NCBI RefSeq assembly: GCF_000328665.1
Contig: NC_019977.1
Location: 2,038,011-2,102,010 of the forward strand
Reading direction: 5' to 3'
DNA: 64,000 nucleotides
Origin: Methanomethylovorans hollandica DSM 15978
Lineage (GTDB): Archaea > Halobacteriota > Methanosarcinia > Methanosarcinales > Methanosarcinaceae
Shown here: in pieces, positions 52,927-62,104 of the stretch
Numbering within the stretch: position 1 is the first letter of the stretch
Layout of the letters: each line of letters starts with the position of its first letter
Notes under the pieces: generated by a model
The model's input: the letters and a program-made list of their open reading frames with translations, nothing else
What the model was told of the DNA's origin: nothing
Databases searched by the model: none
Position numbers and translations under genes: made by a program

Positions 52927-54756
52927 ATGCAAAAACCCCTCATAATACATGATCCTGTGCACAAGACCATCATCCTTGATGAGTTCGAGCAGATGCTTCT
53001 GCACACACGTCAAGTCCAAAGGCTCAGGAACATACAACAACTTGGGTTAGTTGACCATGTCTATCCCGGTGCAAATCACACTCGTTTCGAACATAGCATC
53101 GGCACCATGCATATGGCATCTGTCATCGGCCAATCGCTTTCACTTGAAGAAGAGGAAATACGCAAAATAAGAATCGCTGGACTCTTACATGATATAGGCC
53201 ACTCAGCATTTTCTCATGCAGTAGAGAGTGTCCTCAGGCGTAATCCCCATTTACAGCCAGTGGTCAAAGACAGGAAGTTCATAAAACACGAGGCCTTCTC
53301 AAAGGATATAATCAGGATGATGCCAGAGGATAATTTCATTGCAAGATACACGGAATCTGAATTTGGTACAGACCCTTTCTGTTTCTTTGATGAGATCGCA
53401 AATATTGCCACAGGTAACGCATATGCTATCTCAAAGCCATACCTCGCCCAGATAATATCAGGTGATATAGATGCCGACAGAATAGATTTCCTTCTAAGAG
53501 ATTCTTATCATACAGGTGTATCCTTCGGACTCATCGATGTTGACCAGATAATCGACAGCCTCACCATCAAGGATGGGAATGTCGTGTTGGGAAGCCCGGA
53601 TGACTCGGACTATGGCAATGAAATGGCACTCACGGCTGCAGAATCCATGTTAATATCCCGAGCTCACCATTATACTGCTATCATACACAACCCGAAGACT
53701 CAGGCCGCCAGGGTAATGCTGCTCTACGCACTTGAGGATGCACTTGAAATGTTCAGAAATGAGTATGGAATAGAAGCTGCAAAGAACGAGATAATTAGCT
53801 TTTTCACTGAATACAATGACAAGGACCTGCTTGGTTTCATCAGGTCACATGCATCTGAAGGACCTCTCCGGCTACTTAATGACCTCCTGGGTGATAGATT
53901 ATATGTACCGATTGCAAGGTTCAGCCAGAAGATGCTCAGACCTTCCACAAGGATGGCACTTGCAACCATTGCCCGACACAGTGTGGCTAAAATGAAATTT
54001 GAATCAAGGCTTGCCCGGGAGCTGGGAGATGTGCTGGTAGACCTGGATGTAGCATCCGGTGTTCCAAAAAGTATGAGAGTATTGATAGGGAATGAAGAAA
54101 GCTTCTTCTATGATGAATCTGCCCTGGCCAACGGACTTGTCAGGTCCATTTCAAGGCAGCTTTCACTTACGACATTTGCACATCCCGATGCTGTCGCAGG
54201 GATGGATGGATCAGTGGTTTCCGATCAGATGCATAAAGTTGTGGATGAACTATCGCCCAGGCTTCTGGGCTTTATTCGTGCAGAACAGTATCTTCCCATA
54301 GAAAGCATAATACTGCTTTTCTATGCAATATACAATATCTTTAAGAAGGAAGAAACTGGTTTCATCTCAGTGCCACGGCTCAGGCATATTACCTGGTTGT
54401 ACCGTACCATACATCAGTTAAGCAATCATGCTTCTCTGAAGAACCTTTTCGAGTATGACTTCCATGAAAGATATGGGTTCCCATATAGTGACAAAGCCTT
54501 CGAGGATATACAGGTGCTTGTTGCTATGGGCATAGTAGATGAGGATCTTAGATACTATGAAAAGCATGGGCGATACAGACAGAGATACGAGTACGTGCTC
54601 ACACACGACGGCACTGAATATGCACATAAACTTGCCGGGTCCTATGCACATGAATTCAGGCAGATAGAGAATTATGTTCAGATAAATAAACATTCTATTC
54701 CCAAGGACATAGTGACCATGCCCCTGGTAAGATACACGCCCCAAAAACATATCTAG
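52927..54756 (+). CDS. HD-domain phosphohydrolase (SAMHD1/dNTPase-like) with a C-terminal winged-helix extension
   Basis: DPVH, QRLR.IQQLG, YPGANHTRFEHS.G, LHDIGH..FSH, DADRIDFLLRD. Confidence 0.9.
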   Translation: MQKPLIIHDPVHKTIILDEFEQMLLHTRQVQRLRNIQQLGLVDHVYPGANHTRFEHSIGTMHMASVIGQSLSLEEEEIRKIRIAGLLHDIGHSAFSHAVESVLRRNPHLQPVVKDRKFIKHEAFSKDIIRMMPEDNFIARYTESEFGTDPFCFFDEIANIATGNAYAISKPYLAQIISGDIDADRIDFLLRDSYHTGVSFGLIDVDQIIDSLTIKDGNVVLGSPDDSDYGNEMALTAAESMLISRAHHYTAIIHNPKTQAARVMLLYALEDALEMFRNEYGIEAAKNEIISFFTEYNDKDLLGFIRSHASEGPLRLLNDLLGDRLYVPIARFSQKMLRPSTRMALATIARHSVAKMKFESRLARELGDVLVDLDVASGVPKSMRVLIGNEESFFYDESALANGLVRSISRQLSLTTFAHPDAVAGMDGSVVSDQMHKVVDELSPRLLGFIRAEQYLPIESIILLFYAIYNIFKKEETGFISVPRLRHITWLYRTIHQLSNHASLKNLFEYDFHERYGFPYSDKAFEDIQVLVAMGIVDEDLRYYEKHGRYRQRYEYVLTHDGTEYAHKLAGSYAHEFRQIENYVQINKHSIPKDIVTMPLVRYTPQKHI

Positions 54757-54764
54757 GAGATATT

Positions 54765-55517
54765 ATGGAATATGGAGAAATGGTATTATTGAGAACGTTC
54801 TTTAAGGAAAAGCCAAGAGAATTCATAGTATGCGTTTCTGAGGATGCGTTCCACAGCGATTTTGGTATTATCGAGCTGGAAGAACTTACAAGATTATCGT
54901 CCGGAGATAAGATTTGTTCTCACAAGGGTCAGGAGTTCATTGTGCAGAAACCGCGTATGCCTGATATGTTCAGGCATGCACAGCGTTCTGGCGCCCCTAT
55001 GATGCCCAAGGACATAGGCATGGTCATTGCATACACTGGAATTTGTAAAAACGATGTTGTGTTAGACGCAGGTACTGGCTCTGGCATTTTATCTATGTAC
55101 CTTGGTTCCATAGCAAAAAAGGTAGTCACTTATGAGGTAAAAGAAAATTTTGCACAGCTTGCACGCAGCAATATTTCAAAAGCCGGTCTGGATAATGTGG
55201 AAGTGCGTTGTGGCAACATCGTTGAAGAGATCAGCAAAATAGAAGAAAAATTTGATGTTGTTACCCTTGACACTATCAATTCCCCTGAAGTTATTCCAAT
55301 GGTGCGAAGAGTGCTTGTACCCGGCGGATTTGTAGTGACATATTCCCCATTCATAGAACAGACAATAGCAATACGCAAAGCTCTGGATGCTTCCGGACCA
55401 TGGGATGTCACTACCATAGAATGCATAGAAAGACCTTTATCCGTATCAGAAAGAGGGACAAGGCCCGCGACAGGTGGAGTGGGCCATACAGGCTATATCA
55501 CTATTGCCAGGGTATGA
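54765..55517 (+). CDS. trmI: tRNA (adenine-N1)-methyltransferase TrmI-like
   Basis: PKDIG, DAGTGSG, YSPFIEQ, TRP, GHTGY. Confidence 0.88.
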   Translation: MEYGEMVLLRTFFKEKPREFIVCVSEDAFHSDFGIIELEELTRLSSGDKICSHKGQEFIVQKPRMPDMFRHAQRSGAPMMPKDIGMVIAYTGICKNDVVLDAGTGSGILSMYLGSIAKKVVTYEVKENFAQLARSNISKAGLDNVEVRCGNIVEEISKIEEKFDVVTLDTINSPEVIPMVRRVLVPGGFVVTYSPFIEQTIAIRKALDASGPWDVTTIECIERPLSVSERGTRPATGGVGHTGYITIARV

Positions 55518-55520
55518 CTT

Positions 55521-56189
55521 TCATTCAACCCCTTCAGAAGTTATTGTGAACTCACAGCTTATACCTTCCGGAAGGGAACGATGTTTCCTGAGAACTGCCC
55601 GCCTTTTTCCATCGCCAACGCGTTCTAACTGGATAATGGTCTTGGATATATGCTCGATGATATTCCCTCCAACGGGCCTCAGCGTGCCTGAGGTAATATC
55701 CGTGTATACCTGATTGGTGATGACTACAGATATGCCATATTTTCTTGCAAGGCTGTGCAGAAAACCTATCTGACTGCCAAGTTCGCGTCTTGCCCGCATA
55801 GCAGAATCGTCCTGCTCCAGTTCAAATCTGTAGAAGGCTGTAGCAGAGTCAACAATGATAAGACCAATGTTCTCCTTTATGACCTTTTCAAGTTCTCTTA
55901 CTGCCGCATGCTGCTCTTCAAAGTTATGGGGTTCATAGATTATTATCTGCTGAGCTATTTCCTTTGCCCGGTCTCCTGCTATCTGCCGGAACCTACTGGG
56001 AGAAATACCTTCTGTATCAATGATAATGACCTTTTTTCCTTGCTCAACACATCTTATGGCAAGCTGAAGACACAGATTTGTTTTGCCGCTGCCAGCTTCT
56101 CCAAAAAACTGAGTAACAACTCCGGCTTCTAGCCCTCCTGCAAGGAGATCATCAACTGATTTGCAGCCAGACATTAAATGTGAATCTAT
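55521..56189 (-). CDS. radB: DNA repair and recombination protein RadB (start ATG 56174 or ATA 56189)
   Basis: GEAGSGKT, IDTEG, IVDS, TNQV, KHR motif. Confidence 0.93.
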   Translation of the reverse strand: MDSHLMSGCKSVDDLLAGGLEAGVVTQFFGEAGSGKTNLCLQLAIRCVEQGKKVIIIDTEGISPSRFRQIAGDRAKEIAQQIIIYEPHNFEEQHAAVRELEKVIKENIGLIIVDSATAFYRFELEQDDSAMRARRELGSQIGFLHSLARKYGISVVITNQVYTDITSGTLRPVGGNIIEHISKTIIQLERVGDGKRRAVLRKHRSLPEGISCEFTITSEGVE

Positions 56190-56553
56190 GTAAACACCTC
56201 TTGAGATTACTTGCTATAGGAGGATAATTTATATCACTTTTTTGTACATTGGGTTGATGATCAAACCTGATCAGCGATATATTACCAGATATGATTATTA
56301 AACATGGAGGCGGATAAGGTTGTAGATCAAGTTTGTTACCGGAAAGGATTTTTGTGTATATAGATATGCTATGAAAAACCATTATTAAGCTATAGGTCAT
56401 TTGTATAATTTACCTTCAAACGAGAGAGACGAGTTATTGAGAAGGGTTTTTTGCTTGTGGTTTTTAGATAGGTACAGGCAATGCTTGCTCATGACTAAAT
56501 AATATACAATTAGAATAATAGATTAACGAATAAGGAAGAATGGACGCGAGAAA

Positions 56554-56805
56554 ATGGCTGAAGTCACTATATATACAACAAAAACCTGTCCTAAATGTGA
56601 ACTGCTCAAAAAGACCCTTAAAGAGAGTGGAGTGTCCTTCAAGACCACTGATATGTCCACACCGGAAGCTCTCACAGAACTGAGAGTCAATGGAGTTTTC
56701 ACCCTTACAGCTCCTGTAATGCAGATAGATGAAGAGTTTCTCACTCATGATGAACTGTTCAATGGAATGGAAGTAAAAAGAGAAGTATTTAATAATTTAC
56801 TTTGA
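56554..56805 (+). CDS. nrdH: Glutaredoxin-like NrdH
   Basis: YT...CPKC, TAPV; immediately upstream of nrdD. Confidence 0.85.
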   Translation: MAEVTIYTTKTCPKCELLKKTLKESGVSFKTTDMSTPEALTELRVNGVFTLTAPVMQIDEEFLTHDELFNGMEVKREVFNNLL

Positions 56806-56823
56806 TCAGAAGGAGACCGGATA

Positions 56824-59208
56824 ATGGATACATGCACCATAGAGACACAGGACAAGAAGGAAGAAGTACCTGAAAGGAGTGACAAAAGGCTTAAGTTCAC
56901 GGGTACTGTTCAGGAGGACATGACACAACCGCAAAAACAGGCCGTACAAAGGACCCTTGATGGCCATTCCATATCTGTTATGCCAAAAGTGCGTACCACT
57001 GACGGACACATGGTGGACTGGGATCGTAATATAGTGGTCAACCAGCTGATGAAGGAAACAGGCCTTGCCACAAGGTTCTACAATAAGCCTGGCATAACCA
57101 GAAAAGAAGCTCAGGAAATTGCAAAAGATACAGAAAGACGTATAAGACAGATGGACCTCAAATTCCTTTCAGGCCCACTCATCAGGGAAATGGTAAACAT
57201 GATCCTGCTGGAGCGAGGACATGTGGAATGGAGGAACGTTTCCACCAGAGTGGGTACTCCTGTATATGATGCCTGCGAGATCGACCTGGGATCAGGTTTT
57301 GAGGCGAAGGACAATGCAAATCTGCAGGAGAATGCCGAAACATCACACAAAAAGAAGGCAGACAAGATCTCCAAAGAGCAGTATTTGCTGCTGTTGCCAC
57401 CCAGACTGGCAGACCTACACCTTAACGGCGATCTGCACATCCACGACCTGGAATACATGGGCACACGTGCCTTTTGTCAGGACTGGGACCTGAGGTATTT
57501 CTTCTACTATGGCCTTATGCCCGATGGGTCTGGTGCCAAGGCCAGTGTTGCGGGTCCTGCCATGAAGGCAGAAGTTGCCATCCTGCATGCAGTAAAAGCA
57601 TTGGGTAGCGCCCAGACCAATTTCGCTGGAGGACAGGGATTCTACAATTTCCTGACATTCCTTGCACCTTACTTCGAAGGCAAGAGCTACAAGGACATCG
57701 AACAGCTTATGCAGATGTTCGTGTACGAGATGACACAGATGATGGTAGCCCGGGGAGGCCAGGTTGTCTTCTCCTCAGTGCAGTTATCCCCTGGTGTGCC
57801 AAAGCTCTGGAAAGATATTCCTGTAGTATACAAGGGCAAGGTGCATGATGGCACCAACGGCACTGTCAGGCGTACATACGAAGAGTTCGAACGGGAGGTA
57901 AGGCTGGGATTCGCAGCACTCATGAACGTTATGCTTCAGGGAGATAACTGGGGCAAGCCGTTTAACTTCCCAAAGCCAGAGATATCCATTGAACCGGATT
58001 TCATGCAGGAGGATGATTTATTCAACCGTGCCCATCCTGAGCTTCCCACCTATGATGGCCTGTACACCCTGGCATTCGAACTGGCTGCAAAGTTCGGCAC
58101 ACCTTACTTTGATAACCAGTTACCTGAGTATAGAGGATCAGGAGATGGGATCTCATGTTATCAGTGCTGTGCATACCAGTTCTCTGCAAATGCAGATGCA
58201 GATGACAGATTTGATGACAAACTCCATTTCAGGGATGGTATGCATTTCTCCATGGGCTCATGGCAGGTAGTGACACTCAACTGTCCAAGAGCAGCATACA
58301 GGGCAAATGGTGATGATATGGCGCTGTTTGCGGACCTCAAGAGTCTGATGGACCAGGCCATCAAGATCTTTGCAACCAAAAGACAGTGGATGGAGAGTAT
58401 TATAGAGAATGAAAGGATGCCCTTTGCGACCCAGCGTCCAAAAGACCCGATGACCGGTAAGAAGGGCTCAATAGCAGTGGATATAGACTCACTGGTATAT
58501 ACCATAGGTGTTGTGGGAATAAACGAGATGGTGCATTACCACACAGGCAACCAGATATATGAGTCAAAGGCTGCCTTCAAGTTCGCTATAAGAGTTATGA
58601 CAGAACTTGAAATGTATGCACGCGAGCTGGGCCAGAAGCATGGAATCGAGATAGCACTTGCAAGGACCCCTGCAGAGACCACAGGTCAGAGGTTTGCTGC
58701 ATCCGACCTGTTGCATGAGGAATATGCAGATAGTGCAAAGCAGGTCGTGCAGGGAGATCTGGAAACAGCTCTGGCAAAGATAAAGGACACACATGACCTT
58801 CCTATCTATTACACCAATGGAACTCATGTGCCACCTGGAGCTGATATATCCCTTGCTGAGAGGATAAAGATAGAGCATGTGTTCTTCCCCATAGTGGATG
58901 GAGGAAATATCTGCCACATCTGGCTGGGAGAAGGTTCACCGGATCCAAAAGGTCTGAAGGAATTTGCTATGAACATTGCAAAGAACACACAAGTAGGATA
59001 CTTTACCTTCACCAAGGACATGACTATCTGCCTGAACGATTTCCACATGATGTCCGGACTAAAGGATGCATGTGAGAACTGTGGTTCTTCCAATGTGGAA
59101 CAGATGTCCAGGGTCACAGGATATATCCAATCTGTCAGCGGCTGGAATGCTGCAAAGAAGCAGGAACTGGCAGACAGGAAGAGATATAAAGTAGCTGGCA
59201 TTGCTTGA
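56824..59208 (+). CDS. nrdD: Anaerobic (class III) ribonucleoside-triphosphate reductase
   Basis: ATP-cone-like N-terminus, HIHDL, FAGGQ, YQCC, PAE, YTNG.H, RVTGY glycyl radical motif. Confidence 0.96.
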   Translation: MDTCTIETQDKKEEVPERSDKRLKFTGTVQEDMTQPQKQAVQRTLDGHSISVMPKVRTTDGHMVDWDRNIVVNQLMKETGLATRFYNKPGITRKEAQEIAKDTERRIRQMDLKFLSGPLIREMVNMILLERGHVEWRNVSTRVGTPVYDACEIDLGSGFEAKDNANLQENAETSHKKKADKISKEQYLLLLPPRLADLHLNGDLHIHDLEYMGTRAFCQDWDLRYFFYYGLMPDGSGAKASVAGPAMKAEVAILHAVKALGSAQTNFAGGQGFYNFLTFLAPYFEGKSYKDIEQLMQMFVYEMTQMMVARGGQVVFSSVQLSPGVPKLWKDIPVVYKGKVHDGTNGTVRRTYEEFEREVRLGFAALMNVMLQGDNWGKPFNFPKPEISIEPDFMQEDDLFNRAHPELPTYDGLYTLAFELAAKFGTPYFDNQLPEYRGSGDGISCYQCCAYQFSANADADDRFDDKLHFRDGMHFSMGSWQVVTLNCPRAAYRANGDDMALFADLKSLMDQAIKIFATKRQWMESIIENERMPFATQRPKDPMTGKKGSIAVDIDSLVYTIGVVGINEMVHYHTGNQIYESKAAFKFAIRVMTELEMYARELGQKHGIEIALARTPAETTGQRFAASDLLHEEYADSAKQVVQGDLETALAKIKDTHDLPIYYTNGTHVPPGADISLAERIKIEHVFFPIVDGGNICHIWLGEGSPDPKGLKEFAMNIAKNTQVGYFTFTKDMTICLNDFHMMSGLKDACENCGSSNVEQMSRVTGYIQSVSGWNAAKKQELADRKRYKVAGIA

Positions 59209-59218
59209 TTGTGGTATA

Positions 59219-59995
59219 ATGAACGCCAATTACGGCTCATATATACCCATTTCGACTGTAGACTGGCATGGGAAAGCGGCTGTAGCCCTCTTTTTGAGAG
59301 GATGTCCTTTCCGCTGCCCCTACTGCCAGAACTATGAGATCCTGGAAGGATCCGACCTTCTTGAAGTGAAGGTCCTGAAGGATAAAATTGAAAATTCGAT
59401 TCCTTTTGTAAGCAGCCTTGTAATTTCCGGCGGAGAACCCCTGATACAAAAAAATATTGTGAAGGAACTGGCAAGCTTTGCTAAGAAAAAGGGATTGCTG
59501 GTTGGCATACACACCAATGGTTTTTTTCCACAGGTTATTGACGAACTCTTGCAGGAATCATTAGTAGACGCTTTTTTCCTGGATATCAAAGCGCCTATGA
59601 ACGACCCTATAGCTTACGGCAAGGCCATTGGCCGTGATGAATATAACCTTGATCTGGAACCTAAAATGGTTATAGAAAATATTACAAAGAGCCTGGACAT
59701 CATTTCCGGAAGTGGTGCACAGCTGGAGTTGAGGACTACTGTTGTACCCGGCATTGTGGGCAGCAAGGAGGATATTGCTGCTATAGGTCAGTTATTATCC
59801 CCTTATGTCAAGGACAAAGACATACCCTATGTGATACAACAGGGACTACCTGAAAATGCCATGTCTGAGGGCTTAAGAGATACAAAGCCTTTCACAAGGG
59901 AAGAATTGCTTGAGATGGCTAAAGCTGCATACCCTTTTCTACATAATGTCTGGATAAGGACAAAAGAATCAGGCAATGAAGAAGTTAACTTCTAA
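59219..59995 (+). CDS. nrdG: Anaerobic RNR activating enzyme (radical SAM)
   Basis: GCPFRCPYCQN, SGGEP, TNG, DIKA, E.RTT. Confidence 0.93.
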   Translation: MNANYGSYIPISTVDWHGKAAVALFLRGCPFRCPYCQNYEILEGSDLLEVKVLKDKIENSIPFVSSLVISGGEPLIQKNIVKELASFAKKKGLLVGIHTNGFFPQVIDELLQESLVDAFFLDIKAPMNDPIAYGKAIGRDEYNLDLEPKMVIENITKSLDIISGSGAQLELRTTVVPGIVGSKEDIAAIGQLLSPYVKDKDIPYVIQQGLPENAMSEGLRDTKPFTREELLEMAKAAYPFLHNVWIRTKESGNEEVNF

Positions 59996-60064
59996 TTTGT
60001 TTGAAGTTAACATAATTTGTTTATATGTAAGACTTCATACATTATAAAAGTTGGAGTCAATCGA

Positions 60065-60922
60065 ATGAAAATAAACTATCAACTACTGGTTGTAGTATTG
60101 CTCCTTATAGGAACAAGTGTTGCAGGCTGTATATCTCAAACGAGTACAGACTCATCATCTCAAGCCCCTCAAGTCACCGTATATCCTGCTTCTGAGAACA
60201 GTGCAGCATATGAATATACGAGTGATGAGACGTTCGCGGGAGCTGGCACTTCTGAAATTTACCTTTCTGAAAGAAAGACTATCACAAACGTGGATATATC
60301 GATGGAAGCAGACAATGCTTTCAGGACTGTGGATGAGATCACAGTAATGGCAACTGCTGCAGGTGGTTATGTTTCAGGTTCATCTGTTTATGATCCATAC
60401 TACAGTGATACCTCCCGCCAGGAAGGTTATATCACTGTACGGATACCTGCTGAAAATTATACTGCTTTCGTGAGAGATGTTGAAAAACTGGGTGAAGTTA
60501 ACTCTAAAAGCATAACAGGTACTGACGTTACAGAGGAATACATAGACATGGAAGCCAGGCTCAATAACCTGCTAAAGCAGGAAAAACGCCTGACAGAGAT
60601 CCTCAATATATCCACTACCGTCGAAGAAGTGCTTAGTGTGGAAAAAGAACTAGAGAGGGTACGCGGAGAAATAGATAGCCTTACTGGAAGGTTGCAGTAT
60701 CTGAACAACATAATAGATTTTGCCACGATCAATATCAGAGTAACAGAACCAACACCTATCACACATTCATGGGGTATGAGGGATGCTCTTTCCAGTTCAG
60801 TGCAGGGTTTTGTGTCAACTGTCAGAGCCATGGTAATTCTGGTCGGATATCTGCTCCCAATTCTAATAGTGCTTTCGACCCTTGTAGCTATCCTGTTGGT
60901 GATAAGGCGCAGGAAACAATAA
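60065..60922 (+). CDS. DUF4349 family lipoprotein
   Basis: VAGC lipobox, GGYV, TVRIP, DVTEEYID..ARL, coiled coil, C-terminal TM. Confidence 0.85.
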   Translation: MKINYQLLVVVLLLIGTSVAGCISQTSTDSSSQAPQVTVYPASENSAAYEYTSDETFAGAGTSEIYLSERKTITNVDISMEADNAFRTVDEITVMATAAGGYVSGSSVYDPYYSDTSRQEGYITVRIPAENYTAFVRDVEKLGEVNSKSITGTDVTEEYIDMEARLNNLLKQEKRLTEILNISTTVEEVLSVEKELERVRGEIDSLTGRLQYLNNIIDFATINIRVTEPTPITHSWGMRDALSSSVQGFVSTVRAMVILVGYLLPILIVLSTLVAILLVIRRRKQ

Positions 60923-61063
60923 ATGAGTAATATTAGTAGCTTATATGGACAGTATATAGAAGGCGTAGAAGCCTTATATTGAATGAAGGTCTATGACACA
61001 TGCGATCATATAAAAATGGTATGGCCTATGTAGAGACTTTTTCCAGATATTAAATGATGACTC

Positions 61064-62062
61064 ATGAGATACACACCAGTTTCAAAAATTGGAGAAAGAC
61101 CTCTGATATCCCTGATATCGAATATATTCCGTGAATTGCCTGATGGCATCATTTTAGGTGCCGGTCCCGATGACTGCGCAGTAATAGATATAAAAGAGAG
61201 TTCATATCTTGTAGTTACTACGGATATGCTGCATCGTATGACAGATTTTCCCTGGCAGATGAGCCCCTGGCAAATTGGATGGATGTCTGCTGCAGTTAAC
61301 CTGAGTGATATTGCTGCTATGGGTGCCAGGCCACTAGGTGTACTGGCAGCTATAGGCCTTCCGATTGACACAGATGTCGCTTTTGCGGAAGAGATCGCCA
61401 GAGGCATGAGGGACTGTGCCAGAGAATATGACACTGCAATCATAGGCGGAGATATTGACACCCATGATGAACTTACTATTTGCGGTACAGCCCTTGGAAC
61501 CGTGCCAAAGGAACAACTGCTTACAAGAAAAGGTGCGCATGTGGGCGACAAGGTATGTGTTACAGGATATGCAGGTGCTGCGGGTGCTGCCCTCTATGCT
61601 TTGGAAAACGATATTAACGCACCGGATAGTGTCCTTAAGGCTTTGCTCGAACCCACACCCCGAATAAATGAAGCAATGAAACTTGCATCCATGGGCCATG
61701 TGACAAGCATGATGGATACAAGTGATGGCATTGCAATGTCACTTTATGATCTTTCAAAATCCTCCGAAGTAGGATTCAGGCTTCAGGAAAAGATGCTACC
61801 CCTGCAGCCGGAGGTAGAAGAATTGATGTCTTTTAACAGGGAAAATCTATATTCTATGGCCCTTTATACAGGCGGTGATTTTGAACTGATCTTCACTGTG
61901 AGGCCAGAAGGCATTGAAGATGTGCTGAAACTGGGTAATATCAGTATGATCGGAGAGGTTGTACATCAGGAAAAATCGATCTCCATACAAAAGTCGGATG
62001 GTACTGTGTTGCAAGTGGAACGAAAAGGCTATGAACAGTTAAAGATAGCAGATAATACATAA
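61064..62062 (+). CDS. thiL: Thiamine-monophosphate kinase
   Basis: DDCA, TTD, NLSDIAAMG, GGD, DTSDG, GGDFEL. Confidence 0.95.
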   Translation: MRYTPVSKIGERPLISLISNIFRELPDGIILGAGPDDCAVIDIKESSYLVVTTDMLHRMTDFPWQMSPWQIGWMSAAVNLSDIAAMGARPLGVLAAIGLPIDTDVAFAEEIARGMRDCAREYDTAIIGGDIDTHDELTICGTALGTVPKEQLLTRKGAHVGDKVCVTGYAGAAGAALYALENDINAPDSVLKALLEPTPRINEAMKLASMGHVTSMMDTSDGIAMSLYDLSKSSEVGFRLQEKMLPLQPEVEELMSFNRENLYSMALYTGGDFELIFTVRPEGIEDVLKLGNISMIGEVVHQEKSISIQKSDGTVLQVERKGYEQLKIADNT

Positions 62063-62104
62063 AATGCAAGAAATAAAGTAAGTAGAAATATGGTAGGTTA
62101 TATC

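Noticed and set aside
54754..54795. Amber readthrough fusing the HD protein to trmI
   Set aside because: trmI is in a different frame and readthrough meets TGA after about 12 codons
56254..56275. TTGATGA..CTGA as a second C/D sRNA
   Set aside because: Only 6 nt between the boxes, with no second box pair or terminal stem
58824..59474. Long antisense or alternative-frame ORFs (this one, 33991-34551, 43701-44234, 61006-61551 and similar)
   Set aside because: They are shadows of well-supported genes on the opposite strand and have no motifs
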